A DNA stretch of 64,000 nt from Methanomassiliicoccaceae archaeon (GTDB lineage Archaea; Thermoplasmatota; Thermoplasmata; Methanomassiliicoccales; Methanomassiliicoccaceae): positions 1 through 64,000 of the forward strand of contig JAXGZN010000001.1 of NCBI GenBank assembly GCA_040776945.1, read 5' to 3'. Both the position numbers and the translations under genes were made by a program. Of the stretch, positions 12,827 through 22,700 are shown one piece after another. Under the pieces are notes generated by a model. It had not been told where the DNA came from. It was given only the letters and a program-made list of their open reading frames with translations, and did not search any database. The number at the start of each line of letters is the position of its first letter. Position 1 is the first letter of the stretch.

Positions 12827-14964
12827 GCGGTGTACGGGAAATGGTAAAACTAGAAGGATGCTCGCTTCAGCCTCTTGGTTCTTACTTAAAAGCACTGGGC
12901 ATATTCAGGATCATCGCGGAACAGGTCGACCCGGAAGCCGAGCTTTTTTTCAATGGAAATCGCTTCTGCATTAGATCGCTACTGAATGATGAGAACCTTC
13001 TCTCCTTTCTTGAGGAAAAATACCAACCTACGCCTATTATGGCGCCGTGGAACGGAGGCAGCGGTTTCTATCCAAAGGACAACTTAACCGCCATCAATTG
13101 GATACGAGAGAGCAAAGGAGATAGGTTGGCGAATTATCGCGAAGGGCTTCAAATCGCCACTCAACTCATGGCGTCTTGGAGCGACAAGCCTAAAAAGGAT
13201 GATAAGGAAATGTTGTTGCAGGCCTGCAGAGCTTCTTTGCCTGATAAGACTGTGGAATGGCTTGACGCAGCGTTTGTGCTTGGCACCGAAAGTCCTCGGT
13301 ACCCTCCTTTACTGGGAACAGGCGGGAATGATGGTAGATTGGAGTTTACCAATAATTTTATGCAAAGGTTGACCGACATAATGCATGATGATGGTAGACC
13401 GACCGTTCCTTCGATCGATTGGCTTCGTTCATCATTGATGGGAGATATCAGGCCGGGTCTATTAAAAGGACAGCCGATTGGCCAGTTCGATCCTGCTGGA
13501 GCAGGTGGGGCAAATATTTCATCAGGCTTCGAAGGGGATTCCCTGGTCAACCCCTGGGATTACATCTTGATGATCGAGGGATCTCTTTTCTTCGCCTCGG
13601 GCGTTGTTAAAAGGGGAGAGATCAACCTCCGCGGGGAGCTCTCCTTTCCATTCAGCGTTAGATCGTCGGGCGTTGGATATGGCTCAGCGTCCCGTTCTGA
13701 CGAGAGTTCCGCGAGGGCAGAGATATGGTTGCCTATTTGGAGCACCCCGTCGCAGTACCCAGAACTGCGGGCCCTTTTCTCAGAAGGACGTTCAAATGTA
13801 GAAAGGAGGCGATCTGCTGATGGTGTGGACTTCGCCCGAGCTGTCGCCACCCTGGGAGTTGACAGGGGCATCGATTCCTTCCAGAGGTACGGATTCCTCG
13901 AGAGGAATGGAAGGGCCTTCTTCGCCGTTCCATTGGGGAGACATCACGTGAGAAGGAACCCTCAAGCCGACCTTTTATCCGGCATCGACGATTGGCTATC
14001 AAGCTTCAGGTCTAAAGCATCTGGGGATCAAACGCCTGCCTCAATAAAGAGGGCCTTAAATGGGCTTGACAGGATGCTATTGCGGCTATGCTCTGAAGAG
14101 AGCCCACGGACCGTTCAGTCAATGCTCATTGCATTAGGGGCATGCGAAAGAGCCATGTGTAAGAGCATCAAATGGGCTAAAGACCAGCATCTGCGGCCGG
14201 TCCCAGCCCTGCCGCCAGAATGGTTCGATAAGGGAGATGATGGCTCTGCTGAGTTCAGAATAGCGGCGGCCATAGCCCTGATTTCTGCTGACCTCTCGAA
14301 GACACCGACCTTTACCAAACAACCGATGAGAGCAACGGTCGAGCCAGTCGATGTCGTACGACGGTCCAGCGTAACGAGGGTGAACTGGGCAGATGAAGGG
14401 AGATTGCTGGATATCGGGGGCGGGCCTATCGATCTTCTTAACGGCCTCATGAAGGCTCGCATCAAGGAACACCTAAAGGCAGGAGCGGAGGGATATGTGG
14501 ACAGTTCCCCGATTAAAGCTAGCCTTACCGATCTTACCGCATTTCTCGACGGCAGTCTGGATGAGGGCCGAATCATAGATCTGTTCTGGGGTTGTGTGCT
14601 CCTTGACCCATTCGATGGATACAAGATGACCATTGACCGGCCACCGCTCGGGGATTATCCCGGCGCCGCATATTCTCTCCTTAAGCTCTGCCATGTCCGT
14701 CCCGCCCGGCAGAGCAAGGAGTTTGGTAAGGACCGGGTCCCACTGGTGCCTGAGATACATCATCGTGCCTCTTGCGGAAACATGATGGCCAGTACTAGAA
14801 TGGCAAGCCGACGGCTACGCGGCAGTGGGCTAGCGCCGAAGATCGATGAATTCGCTCTTTCTCCCAAACAGAGCGCTCGTGTAGCCGCGTCATTGCTCAT
14901 CCCTTTGGATGAGCATGGTGTTCGGATCATATCTGATAAAATATTGTTGGAGATGAAAGAATGA
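12823..14964 (+). CDS. csx17: Type I-G large subunit Csx17 (Cas8g/Cas8u2)
   Basis: L.GC...PLGSYLKALG, PTPIMAPWNGGSGFY, PPLLGTGGNDGRLEFTNNFM, NPWDYILMIEG. ATGA overlap with cas3. Confidence 0.9.
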   Translation: MSGVREMVKLEGCSLQPLGSYLKALGIFRIIAEQVDPEAELFFNGNRFCIRSLLNDENLLSFLEEKYQPTPIMAPWNGGSGFYPKDNLTAINWIRESKGDRLANYREGLQIATQLMASWSDKPKKDDKEMLLQACRASLPDKTVEWLDAAFVLGTESPRYPPLLGTGGNDGRLEFTNNFMQRLTDIMHDDGRPTVPSIDWLRSSLMGDIRPGLLKGQPIGQFDPAGAGGANISSGFEGDSLVNPWDYILMIEGSLFFASGVVKRGEINLRGELSFPFSVRSSGVGYGSASRSDESSARAEIWLPIWSTPSQYPELRALFSEGRSNVERRRSADGVDFARAVATLGVDRGIDSFQRYGFLERNGRAFFAVPLGRHHVRRNPQADLLSGIDDWLSSFRSKASGDQTPASIKRALNGLDRMLLRLCSEESPRTVQSMLIALGACERAMCKSIKWAKDQHLRPVPALPPEWFDKGDDGSAEFRIAAAIALISADLSKTPTFTKQPMRATVEPVDVVRRSSVTRVNWADEGRLLDIGGGPIDLLNGLMKARIKEHLKAGAEGYVDSSPIKASLTDLTAFLDGSLDEGRIIDLFWGCVLLDPFDGYKMTIDRPPLGDYPGAAYSLLKLCHVRPARQSKEFGKDRVPLVPEIHHRASCGNMMASTRMASRRLRGSGLAPKIDEFALSPKQSARVAASLLIPLDEHGVRIISDKILLEMKE

Positions 14965-15899
14965 GCTATGATAAGCTGGCAAATGAGAACAGACTGTTGA
15001 TCGAAGCCCGGCTGCGTCCGATCCAAGGAACAAGGTTCCAGCCTACTGGATTTCCGAACCTGGGAGCCGCGGACTATGTGACCCATGACGGCACACAGAT
15101 GTTATTGGTTGAATCGAGCCAGAGCATGGCCAATCGTTTGGAGAAGGTCTGCTGGGACGATTCCAGGAACGAGTTGGTCCCGGCGCTAAGTGGGATACCA
15201 TATATTCGGGTCAGAGATAAGGCGGGGAATGTTTTGACCACCTCGATCGAGGAGGCCCATCGCATAAACAGCCCGTATATCCTTGAGGGCAAGGACAAGC
15301 AGTTCTTTGAACGATTGAAGAAGGACCTTGAGGCGGGCGAAAAAGGAAAGCCGGATTACCGACTTCTGGCAAAGGTTCTCCTTCATTATGATCCGGGTTC
15401 TCTTATACATGGCGTATTCTTGGCAAAGAAAGAACTGGCCAATGGTAGACTGAGATTGGCTAGGTGCCTATCTTCCTTCGTGGAAGCAAGGAACGTGACC
15501 GTGGCATCAAGCGGCGGGGTCAAGAAGGACGATCTGGATGTAAAGGGAGACGCATCTAAGGGCTTTGGACATGTGCCGTTCTCAAGAGAGGAGTATACAG
15601 GAGAGATAATCGCTTACTTCAACCTAGACCTCGCCCAGATTCGAGGATATGGTTTGGGCAAGAGGGTTGAGGAGCTTCTAGTGGCCATGTCCCAATACAA
15701 GATAAGAAAACTGCTCTCCGAGGGCCTAAGGTTCCGAACGGCCTGCGACCTAGAGCTAGTAGATATGGAGGTGAAAAGGCCGTCTGGATATTCCCTGCCG
15801 GGCCTTCATGAACTCGAAGCCTCTCTGCCGAGCCTTATCGCCAACGTCAAGGATAGGTTCGCTAACCCGCCTGTAACTGAGGTCGTCTACGAAGAGTGA
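14961..15899 (+). CDS. csb1: Type I-G Cas7 (Csb1)
   Basis: RFQPTGFP.LG, LLVESSQSMANRLE, EAHRINSPYI, LRFRTACDL. Confidence 0.92.
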   Translation: MSYDKLANENRLLIEARLRPIQGTRFQPTGFPNLGAADYVTHDGTQMLLVESSQSMANRLEKVCWDDSRNELVPALSGIPYIRVRDKAGNVLTTSIEEAHRINSPYILEGKDKQFFERLKKDLEAGEKGKPDYRLLAKVLLHYDPGSLIHGVFLAKKELANGRLRLARCLSSFVEARNVTVASSGGVKKDDLDVKGDASKGFGHVPFSREEYTGEIIAYFNLDLAQIRGYGLGKRVEELLVAMSQYKIRKLLSEGLRFRTACDLELVDMEVKRPSGYSLPGLHELEASLPSLIANVKDRFANPPVTEVVYEE

Positions 15900-15903
15900 T
15901 CCC

Positions 15904-17469
15904 ATGCTCGTCATCAAGATGGGCTTTCCAGGAGGTAGATATTATGCCACCCCTTGGGATAAACATGTCAATGAGGGCTTGGTCGAGTGGCCTCCCTCCC
16001 CTTGGCGGTTCCTAAGGGCCATTATCTCTACTTGGTACACCAAGGGCGACGGGGTCAGTTTCGAGGTCCTGCAGGCCCTTGTAGAGAGACTGGCGATCCC
16101 GCCCGAGTTCGTCCTGCCCCCTGCCACGCTGGCTTCGACCTGTCACTATATGCCCTCATATCGTTCCACTTTAGATGGGAAGACTGTCAACGTCTACGAT
16201 GCGTTCGCTCATATCGGTGATGGTGCGCTGTACATCATCTGGAACGATGTGAACTTGGACAACGAACAAAGACAGGGCCTTGATACTCTCATATCAAGGA
16301 TGGGGTATCTCGGGAGGTCGGAGTCATGGGTCGAGGGGGGCGTGGTCGATCTCGATATTGCTCCAAATACCAGACTGGTAGATGATGCTTCCACGACTGA
16401 AAGCGTTTCTCCCGCTCTGTGCTGCCTTACTCCCCTGGAATATCTGAGTTGGAGAGGCAATATGATATCCACTCTCTTGGCTCAGAGAGAGAAGGAAAAG
16501 AGAGCAAAGGCTGATGCATCAGGAAAGGGATTCAAAGGACTATCGGCCAAGGATAAAAAGGATGTTGAGGCCCTTGTTCCGGCCACATTGTTCGAGGCTC
16601 TCCTGGTGGATACATCTGTGATTAGAGGAGCAGGATGGAGCGGCCCGCCCGGAAGCAAATGGGTTGGTTATCGCCTTCCTGAGGGAGCATTCCTCGTTCG
16701 ACCATCTAGAAAGGTGATCTCAAGGGACCTTCCTACAGTCGCAAGGTACAAGGTCCGCTCCAAGGTCCCCTTCATGATATTCGATGCAGTATCCCTTGGA
16801 GAAATGGCCCATAATAGCCTGGTCCGCCTTACCAACGGTTCCCGGACCTTTACAGGATGCGATGAGGAAGGCCGTCCGCTAAAGGAAGACCATGCCATGA
16901 TTCTCTCACATGGCATTAGCTCGAAGATAAACGGAATGAGGATCTCTGACCTGACCATCTACAGCAAGAATGGCTTTACTCCAGAAGATGTGAAAGCCCT
17001 ACGGTCCCTGAGATATCTTAACTGGAACAAGGATGTGGAGGTTACTCTGATCGGTGTGGGCCAATCATCTACTTTCAGCTCAGAAGAGGGGATCATCGCT
17101 CGGTCATCGCGCTGGGTCTCTGTTACGCCTTTTGTGCCTCCGAGATGTCCCAAGTTCACAAAGGGCGGCGTCCCGAAGAAGGACGATAACGGATTGCATA
17201 TCGGGTCTGCCGAACATGAGCTCCGCCGCCTGCTGGCAGAGAACAACTACCCGCAGGTCGAGCACATTGCATCCATACCTCGTGCTACGGTCGGGGGTTC
17301 TAGCCGAAGCTGGCTTTCGTTTCGAAGGCGGAGAAGTTCATCTGACCGAGGGCCACTAAATGAAGCAGGCTTCGGTTTTGAGGTACAATTTGTAGAGCCG
17401 ATAGATGGACCTCTTGCTCTTGGGTATGGGTGTCATTTCGGTCTGGGGCTTTTCCGTCCATTGAGGTGA
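15904..17469 (+). CDS. csb2: Type I-G Cas5/Cas6 fusion (Csb2)
   Basis: GRYYATPW...EWPPSPWR, YLGRSESWV, WVSVTPF and the C-terminal Gly-rich GPLALGYGCHFGLGLF. Confidence 0.92.
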   Translation: MLVIKMGFPGGRYYATPWDKHVNEGLVEWPPSPWRFLRAIISTWYTKGDGVSFEVLQALVERLAIPPEFVLPPATLASTCHYMPSYRSTLDGKTVNVYDAFAHIGDGALYIIWNDVNLDNEQRQGLDTLISRMGYLGRSESWVEGGVVDLDIAPNTRLVDDASTTESVSPALCCLTPLEYLSWRGNMISTLLAQREKEKRAKADASGKGFKGLSAKDKKDVEALVPATLFEALLVDTSVIRGAGWSGPPGSKWVGYRLPEGAFLVRPSRKVISRDLPTVARYKVRSKVPFMIFDAVSLGEMAHNSLVRLTNGSRTFTGCDEEGRPLKEDHAMILSHGISSKINGMRISDLTIYSKNGFTPEDVKALRSLRYLNWNKDVEVTLIGVGQSSTFSSEEGIIARSSRWVSVTPFVPPRCPKFTKGGVPKKDDNGLHIGSAEHELRRLLAENNYPQVEHIASIPRATVGGSSRSWLSFRRRRSSSDRGPLNEAGFGFEVQFVEPIDGPLALGYGCHFGLGLFRPLR

Positions 17470-17471
17470 GC

Positions 17472-19121
17472 ATGCCGGAAGAAGCATCTATTGAGCTCAT
17501 ACCTGCTAGGATGCTGAACGAGTTCGTCTACTGCCCTAGACTTTTTCACATTGAGTATGTTCAAGGCGATTTTGTAGACAGCGCAGATACCATTTCTGGC
17601 CGCTGGGACCACCGACGGGTGGATAAACCATCGGAAGAACTGGACGATGATGGTGGCTTCGGTAAGATCAAGGCGGTAACGATGTCCAGCGAAAGGTTTG
17701 GCCTCATCGCTAAGATGGACCTGGTTGAGTTGCAGGAAGGTCAAGTACTTCCTGTCGACTATAAACATGGTAAAAAGCCAGGCATCGAGGGGGGCGCGTG
17801 GCTCGCTGACAAGGTCCAACTTTGCGCCCAGGCCCTTGTGCTCCGAGAAAATGGATTCGACTGTAAGCAGGGTGCCATATATTATAAAGGTTCCAAGGAA
17901 CGTGTCTACATCGACATCTCCGACGAATTGATAGATAAGACACTTGATTTTGCTTCTCGGGCAAGAGAGGCCATTCATGGACCGCCTCCCAAACCCCTTG
18001 AGGACAGCCCCAAATGCGTAGGTTGCTCGCTTGCTGGCATTTGCCTTCCAGATGAGACCTCTCTCCTCGGAGAAAGCGAGAAAGATTTGGATGATCGCGT
18101 TAGGAGGCTTTACCCAGCAAGAGATGATGCCGCTCCTGCTTATGTGATCGAGCAGGGGGCCGTGGTGACAAAGAGTGGGGAAGAGCTTGTCATCAAGAAG
18201 AGCGGAGAGAAATTAGGCTCCATCAGATTGATGGAGCTTTCGCACCTATCCGTAATGGGCAATGTTCAGATAACCACTCAGACCGTCCATGAGCTCTGCG
18301 GAAGAGGAATACCGATCTGCTACCTCTCCACTGGTGGTTGGTTCTATGGGACCGCCCAAGGAATGGGCCACAAGAACGTTCAACTGCGCATCGCGCAATT
18401 TCGGAGGGCCGAGAATCCAGAGCGATCGCTGGAACTCGCACGGCGGTTTATTCAGGGCAAGATCAAGAACTGCCGGACCATGTTGCGCAGGAACAGCGAG
18501 CCGCCATCGGCCGCGGCCCTCGAAGTACTGGCCGATCTGATCCAAAAGGTCGGTGCTGCCATGGACCATGGGGAGTTGCTTGGTTTGGAGGGTTCGGCGT
18601 CCCGAGTGTACTTCTCTCACTTTCGGGACATGTTGTCCATAAAGGAAATGACCTTCGATATGACAACTCGCAATCGCCGGCCACCTAAGGACCCTGTGAA
18701 TGCTATGCTCTCCCTTGTCTATTCTATGCTTGCTAAGGATTGTACAGTGACCTTGCTCTCGGTCGGGTTCGATCCTCACTTGGGCTTTCTTCACCGTCCC
18801 CGATATGGCAAGCCTGCCCTGGCGCTCGACCTCATGGAAGAGTTCAGGCCGATCATTGGAGATTCGGTGGTCATAGGAGCGATAAATAACAGAGAGATCA
18901 CTGGGAACGATTTTGTTAAAGCAGGCAAAGCGGTAAGCTTGAGCGATAAGGGTAGGAGGACCCTAATTGCTGCTTACGAGCGAAGGATGGATACCCTTAT
19001 AAGACATCCCATTTTCGGCTATACCATAAGCTACCGAAGGACTCTCGAGGTCCAGGCTCGGTTGATGTCGAGGTTCGTGCTGGGAGAGATCAAAGACTAC
19101 GTACCGTTTTGCACGAGGTGA
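17472..19121 (+). CDS. cas1: Cas4-Cas1 fusion
   Basis: Cas4: EFVYCPR, PVDYKHG, QLCAQ, C..CSL...C. Cas1: LGLEG, RNRRPPKDPVNAMLS, LALDLMEEFRP. Confidence 0.95.
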   Translation: MPEEASIELIPARMLNEFVYCPRLFHIEYVQGDFVDSADTISGRWDHRRVDKPSEELDDDGGFGKIKAVTMSSERFGLIAKMDLVELQEGQVLPVDYKHGKKPGIEGGAWLADKVQLCAQALVLRENGFDCKQGAIYYKGSKERVYIDISDELIDKTLDFASRAREAIHGPPPKPLEDSPKCVGCSLAGICLPDETSLLGESEKDLDDRVRRLYPARDDAAPAYVIEQGAVVTKSGEELVIKKSGEKLGSIRLMELSHLSVMGNVQITTQTVHELCGRGIPICYLSTGGWFYGTAQGMGHKNVQLRIAQFRRAENPERSLELARRFIQGKIKNCRTMLRRNSEPPSAAALEVLADLIQKVGAAMDHGELLGLEGSASRVYFSHFRDMLSIKEMTFDMTTRNRRPPKDPVNAMLSLVYSMLAKDCTVTLLSVGFDPHLGFLHRPRYGKPALALDLMEEFRPIIGDSVVIGAINNREITGNDFVKAGKAVSLSDKGRRTLIAAYERRMDTLIRHPIFGYTISYRRTLEVQARLMSRFVLGEIKDYVPFCTR

Positions 19122-19125
19122 TGCT

Positions 19126-19416
19126 CTGAGGAACAGATATCTCGTTTGCTACGATATCTGCGAACCGAAACGTCTAAGGAAAACACATAGGAAAATGAGG
19201 GGCTACGGTGAAGCGTTACAATACTCGGTATTCCTATGCGAACTCTCCCTGAAGGAACGGGCGATCATGTTGACGGAACTCGATGAGATAATAAATCATG
19301 ACGAGGATTGTGTAATGACCATTGACCTTGGCGGGATCGATAGGGACATAGATGTCCGCGTTACCTTCCTGGGAGTGAAAAAGGAGATGCCTGGTCGACA
19401 GACCTTGATAATCTGA
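19126..19416 (+). CDS. cas2: Cas2
   Basis: In-frame extension of the 19195 ORF gives (L/M)RNRYLVCYDICEPKRLRK...GYGEALQYSVFLC. Start appears to be CTG 19126 after GAGGTGA. Confidence 0.9.
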   Translation: MRNRYLVCYDICEPKRLRKTHRKMRGYGEALQYSVFLCELSLKERAIMLTELDEIINHDEDCVMTIDLGGIDRDIDVRVTFLGVKKEMPGRQTLII

Positions 19417-19737
19417 ATCGATTATAGGGACAGATGAAAAAGGCCCGGCGGCGGCAGGGATTGTCGAACTCATCCGTCTCTTACACGGAAAGCCCGCTTC
19501 GAGAGCTCCTGAGCTGAAACAATCACGGGAGGCTCTCGACTGACTAGGCGGTGTTTGCTGGACATCGACCTGATCAGATAGATAGTGAACGATGAGGCGA
19601 CAATAATCATGTTCAGATCGAGACCGCTCGAAAAGGACATATTAACTGAAAATGAATAAGGCGTTAGAAACGTTTACCCATTTATGATTCATGATCGGGT
19701 CCTGAAAACACCGCAAAATAAGGCCATATTTAAGGCC
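19417..19737 (+). promoter_or_regulatory. CRISPR leader
   Basis: Non-coding, AT-richer near the array. Inverted repeat TCGAGAGC (19499-19506) / GCTCTCGA (19532-19539) and a related CGCTCGAAAA at 19625. Confidence 0.8.
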
Positions 19738-22700
19738 GTTACCACGTTCAACGGAACGTGGACGAATTGAAGCGAGGGGTGCGACCCCGCGGAATCACCT
19801 TGGTTACCGTTCAACGGAACGCATGACGATTAACTTCAACTCGTTGCAGGCATCGTGTCCGTTACCACGTTCAACGGAACGTGGACGAATTGAAGCTTCT
19901 TCAAGCCCGATCACAGATTTTCGAGCACGGTTACCACGTTCAACGGAACGTGGACGAATTGAAGCTTATGACGCCGAAGAAGATGAGACGCCAAGATCCA
20001 GAGTTACCACGTTCAACGGAACGTGGACGAATTGAAGCGGATGGAGCCGGAGGACCGATTGTACGTCACGTTACCGTTCAACGGAACGTGGACGAATTGA
20101 AGCGCGCTGCGGAACGCCGAAGAAGGCCAAGGACGAGGGGTTACCACGTTCAACGGAACGTGGACGAATTGAAGCCTGATGCCGCTGGCAGACGGAAGCC
20201 GAGTTACGTTCAACGGAACGTGGACGAATTAAGCGCCCAACCCGAGTGGTCCCATCCGGTTACCACGTTCAACGGAACGTGGACGAATTGAAGCGGGGTG
20301 ACGGAGGGGACCATCGAGGACGGGGCGGTCGTGTTACCACGTTCAACGGAACGTGGACGAATTGAAGCTATTGCTCGGGCTACTGGACCGGGGTCGATTT
20401 TACCGGTTACCACGTTCAACGGAACGTGGACGAATTGAAGCTTGGTGAGCTTCGCCTTGGCTTGGGGGAACTCGTCGAGTGTTACCACGTTCAACGGAAC
20501 GTGGACGAATTGAAGCAACGCCCCCGAGCTGATGGAGCTCATCCTCATGATGGTTACCACGTTCAACGGAACGTGGACGAATTGAAGCATCTCACTGCCA
20601 GGCCTGATCTTGTAGCTCTCTTTTGTTACCACGTTCAACGGAACGTGGACGAATTGAAGCACGCCTTCCGGGGCGGTATCGGGGCGCTCGCCTCCTCGTT
20701 ACCACGTTCAACGGAACGTGGACGAATTGAAGCCCGATCCGACGCTCTCCGACTATAAATGCAATATTGGGTTACCACGTTCAACGGAACGTGGACGAAT
20801 TGAAGCAGCCGTGAGCTGCGCGTGCTGTCCCTTCAGCGCCTGTTACCACGTTCAACGGAACGTGGACGAATTGAAGCCAGTTCGGACGATTCCAGAGCAA
20901 GGACCGGGACTAGTTACCACGTTCAACGGAACGTGGACGAATTGAAGCGATACGATGGCGGATGCCCCGGTGATGACGACGAAGTTACCACGTTCAACGG
21001 AACGTGGACGAATTGAAGCGGTGGACCGGGGGCGGCCCTCCAGCGCCAGGTACATGTTACCACGTTCAACGGAACGTGGACGAATTGAAGCAGGCCGGTG
21101 GCGAGGACGGCGTTGTGCGCCTCGCGGAGTTACCACGTTCAACGGAACGTGGACGAATTGAAGCTCGGGCAGGGTCCGTTCATAGCTTGAGGCCAACCTG
21201 ACCGGTTACCACGTTCAACGGAACGTGGACGAATTGAAGCTTTATCCAGCTCCAAATGGTCATCGTCGGTCACCTCGTTACCACGTTCAACGGAACGTGG
21301 ACGAATTGAAGCCTTCGAGACGGGGAAGGGCATGATGGGGCACAACATGTTACCACGTTCAACGGAACGTGGACGAATTGAAGCATGGACGGGGCGAACC
21401 TCCCCGAGATCCTGTCAGGCGTTACCACGTTCAACGGAACGTGGACGAATTGAAGCGCGGCCGGCATTGTGTGCAGCGTGCTGATCGTCAAGTTACCACG
21501 TTCAACGGAACGTGGACGAATTGAAGCCAGGCGGCCATCGCCGCGTTGATTATCCCCTGGATCAGTTACCACGTTCAACGGAACGTGGACGAATTGAAGC
21601 CACGCCGCCCAGGCGAAGGTCGAGCAAGTCGGCCCGTTACCACGTTCAACGGAACGTGGACGAATTGAAGCGTCGAGGGGCGCGACGGATGAACGAGGAC
21701 GAGCTCAGTTACCACGTTCAACGGAACGTGGACGAATTGAAGCTAGAAGGCCCCCCGCCCGCCGCGCAGGTGCTTAAAGTGTTACCACGTTCAACGGAAC
21801 GTGGACGAATTGAAGCCTGAAGTTCCTGGCAATCCTCCATCGCCTCGTTTGCCAGTTACCACGTTCAACGGAACGTGGACGAATTGAAGCACCTTTGTCC
21901 ATTGCCAATTCAACGGTGGCTGGGAAAGGTTACCACGTTCAACGGAACGTGGACGAATTGAAGCCTGGGAATAGACCGGGAATCTATTGTTGAATTTGTC
22001 GAGTTACCACGTTCAACGGAACGTGGACGAATTGAAGCCTCTGTCAACATTGCCATCATGTAGTGCATGGTAAGGGTTACCACGTTCAACGGAACGTGGA
22101 CGAATTGAAGCAGTACCCCTTGAGCGCCCCGATCCTCGGGACAGGGGGGTTACCACGTTCAACGGAACGTGGACGAATTGAAGCTTCGGGAGCGCGTACC
22201 ATCCATCGCCCAGGACGTCCCGGTTACCACGTTCAACGGAACGTGGACGAATTGAAGCCGTACCCAGACCGTTGACGAACGCGATGCTCACCGAGTTACC
22301 ACGTTCAACGGAACGTGGACGAATTGAAGCTTCTTCATCTCTCGATCCTCTTCGTGAGTAGCCATGTTGTTACCACGTTCAACGGAACGTGGACGAATTG
22401 AAGCTTCCTCCCATTCGTCATCTTGCGTATTTTTCTTCACTGTTACCACGTTCAACGGAACGTGGACGAATTGAAGCTTTGTTTGTTTCTTTACATACTC
22501 CGCTGGAACTCGGGGGTTACCACGTTCAACGGAACGTGGACGAATTGAAGCGGGGATGGTCTCAGGGGGGCCAGGGCACTAAAGGCCGTTACCACGTTCA
22601 ACGGAACGTGGACGAATTGAAGCACGCTCTCCGTCGCCCCGGCGTACATCATGACCCAGGTTACCACGTTCAACGGAACGTGGACGAATTGAAGCCTCAC

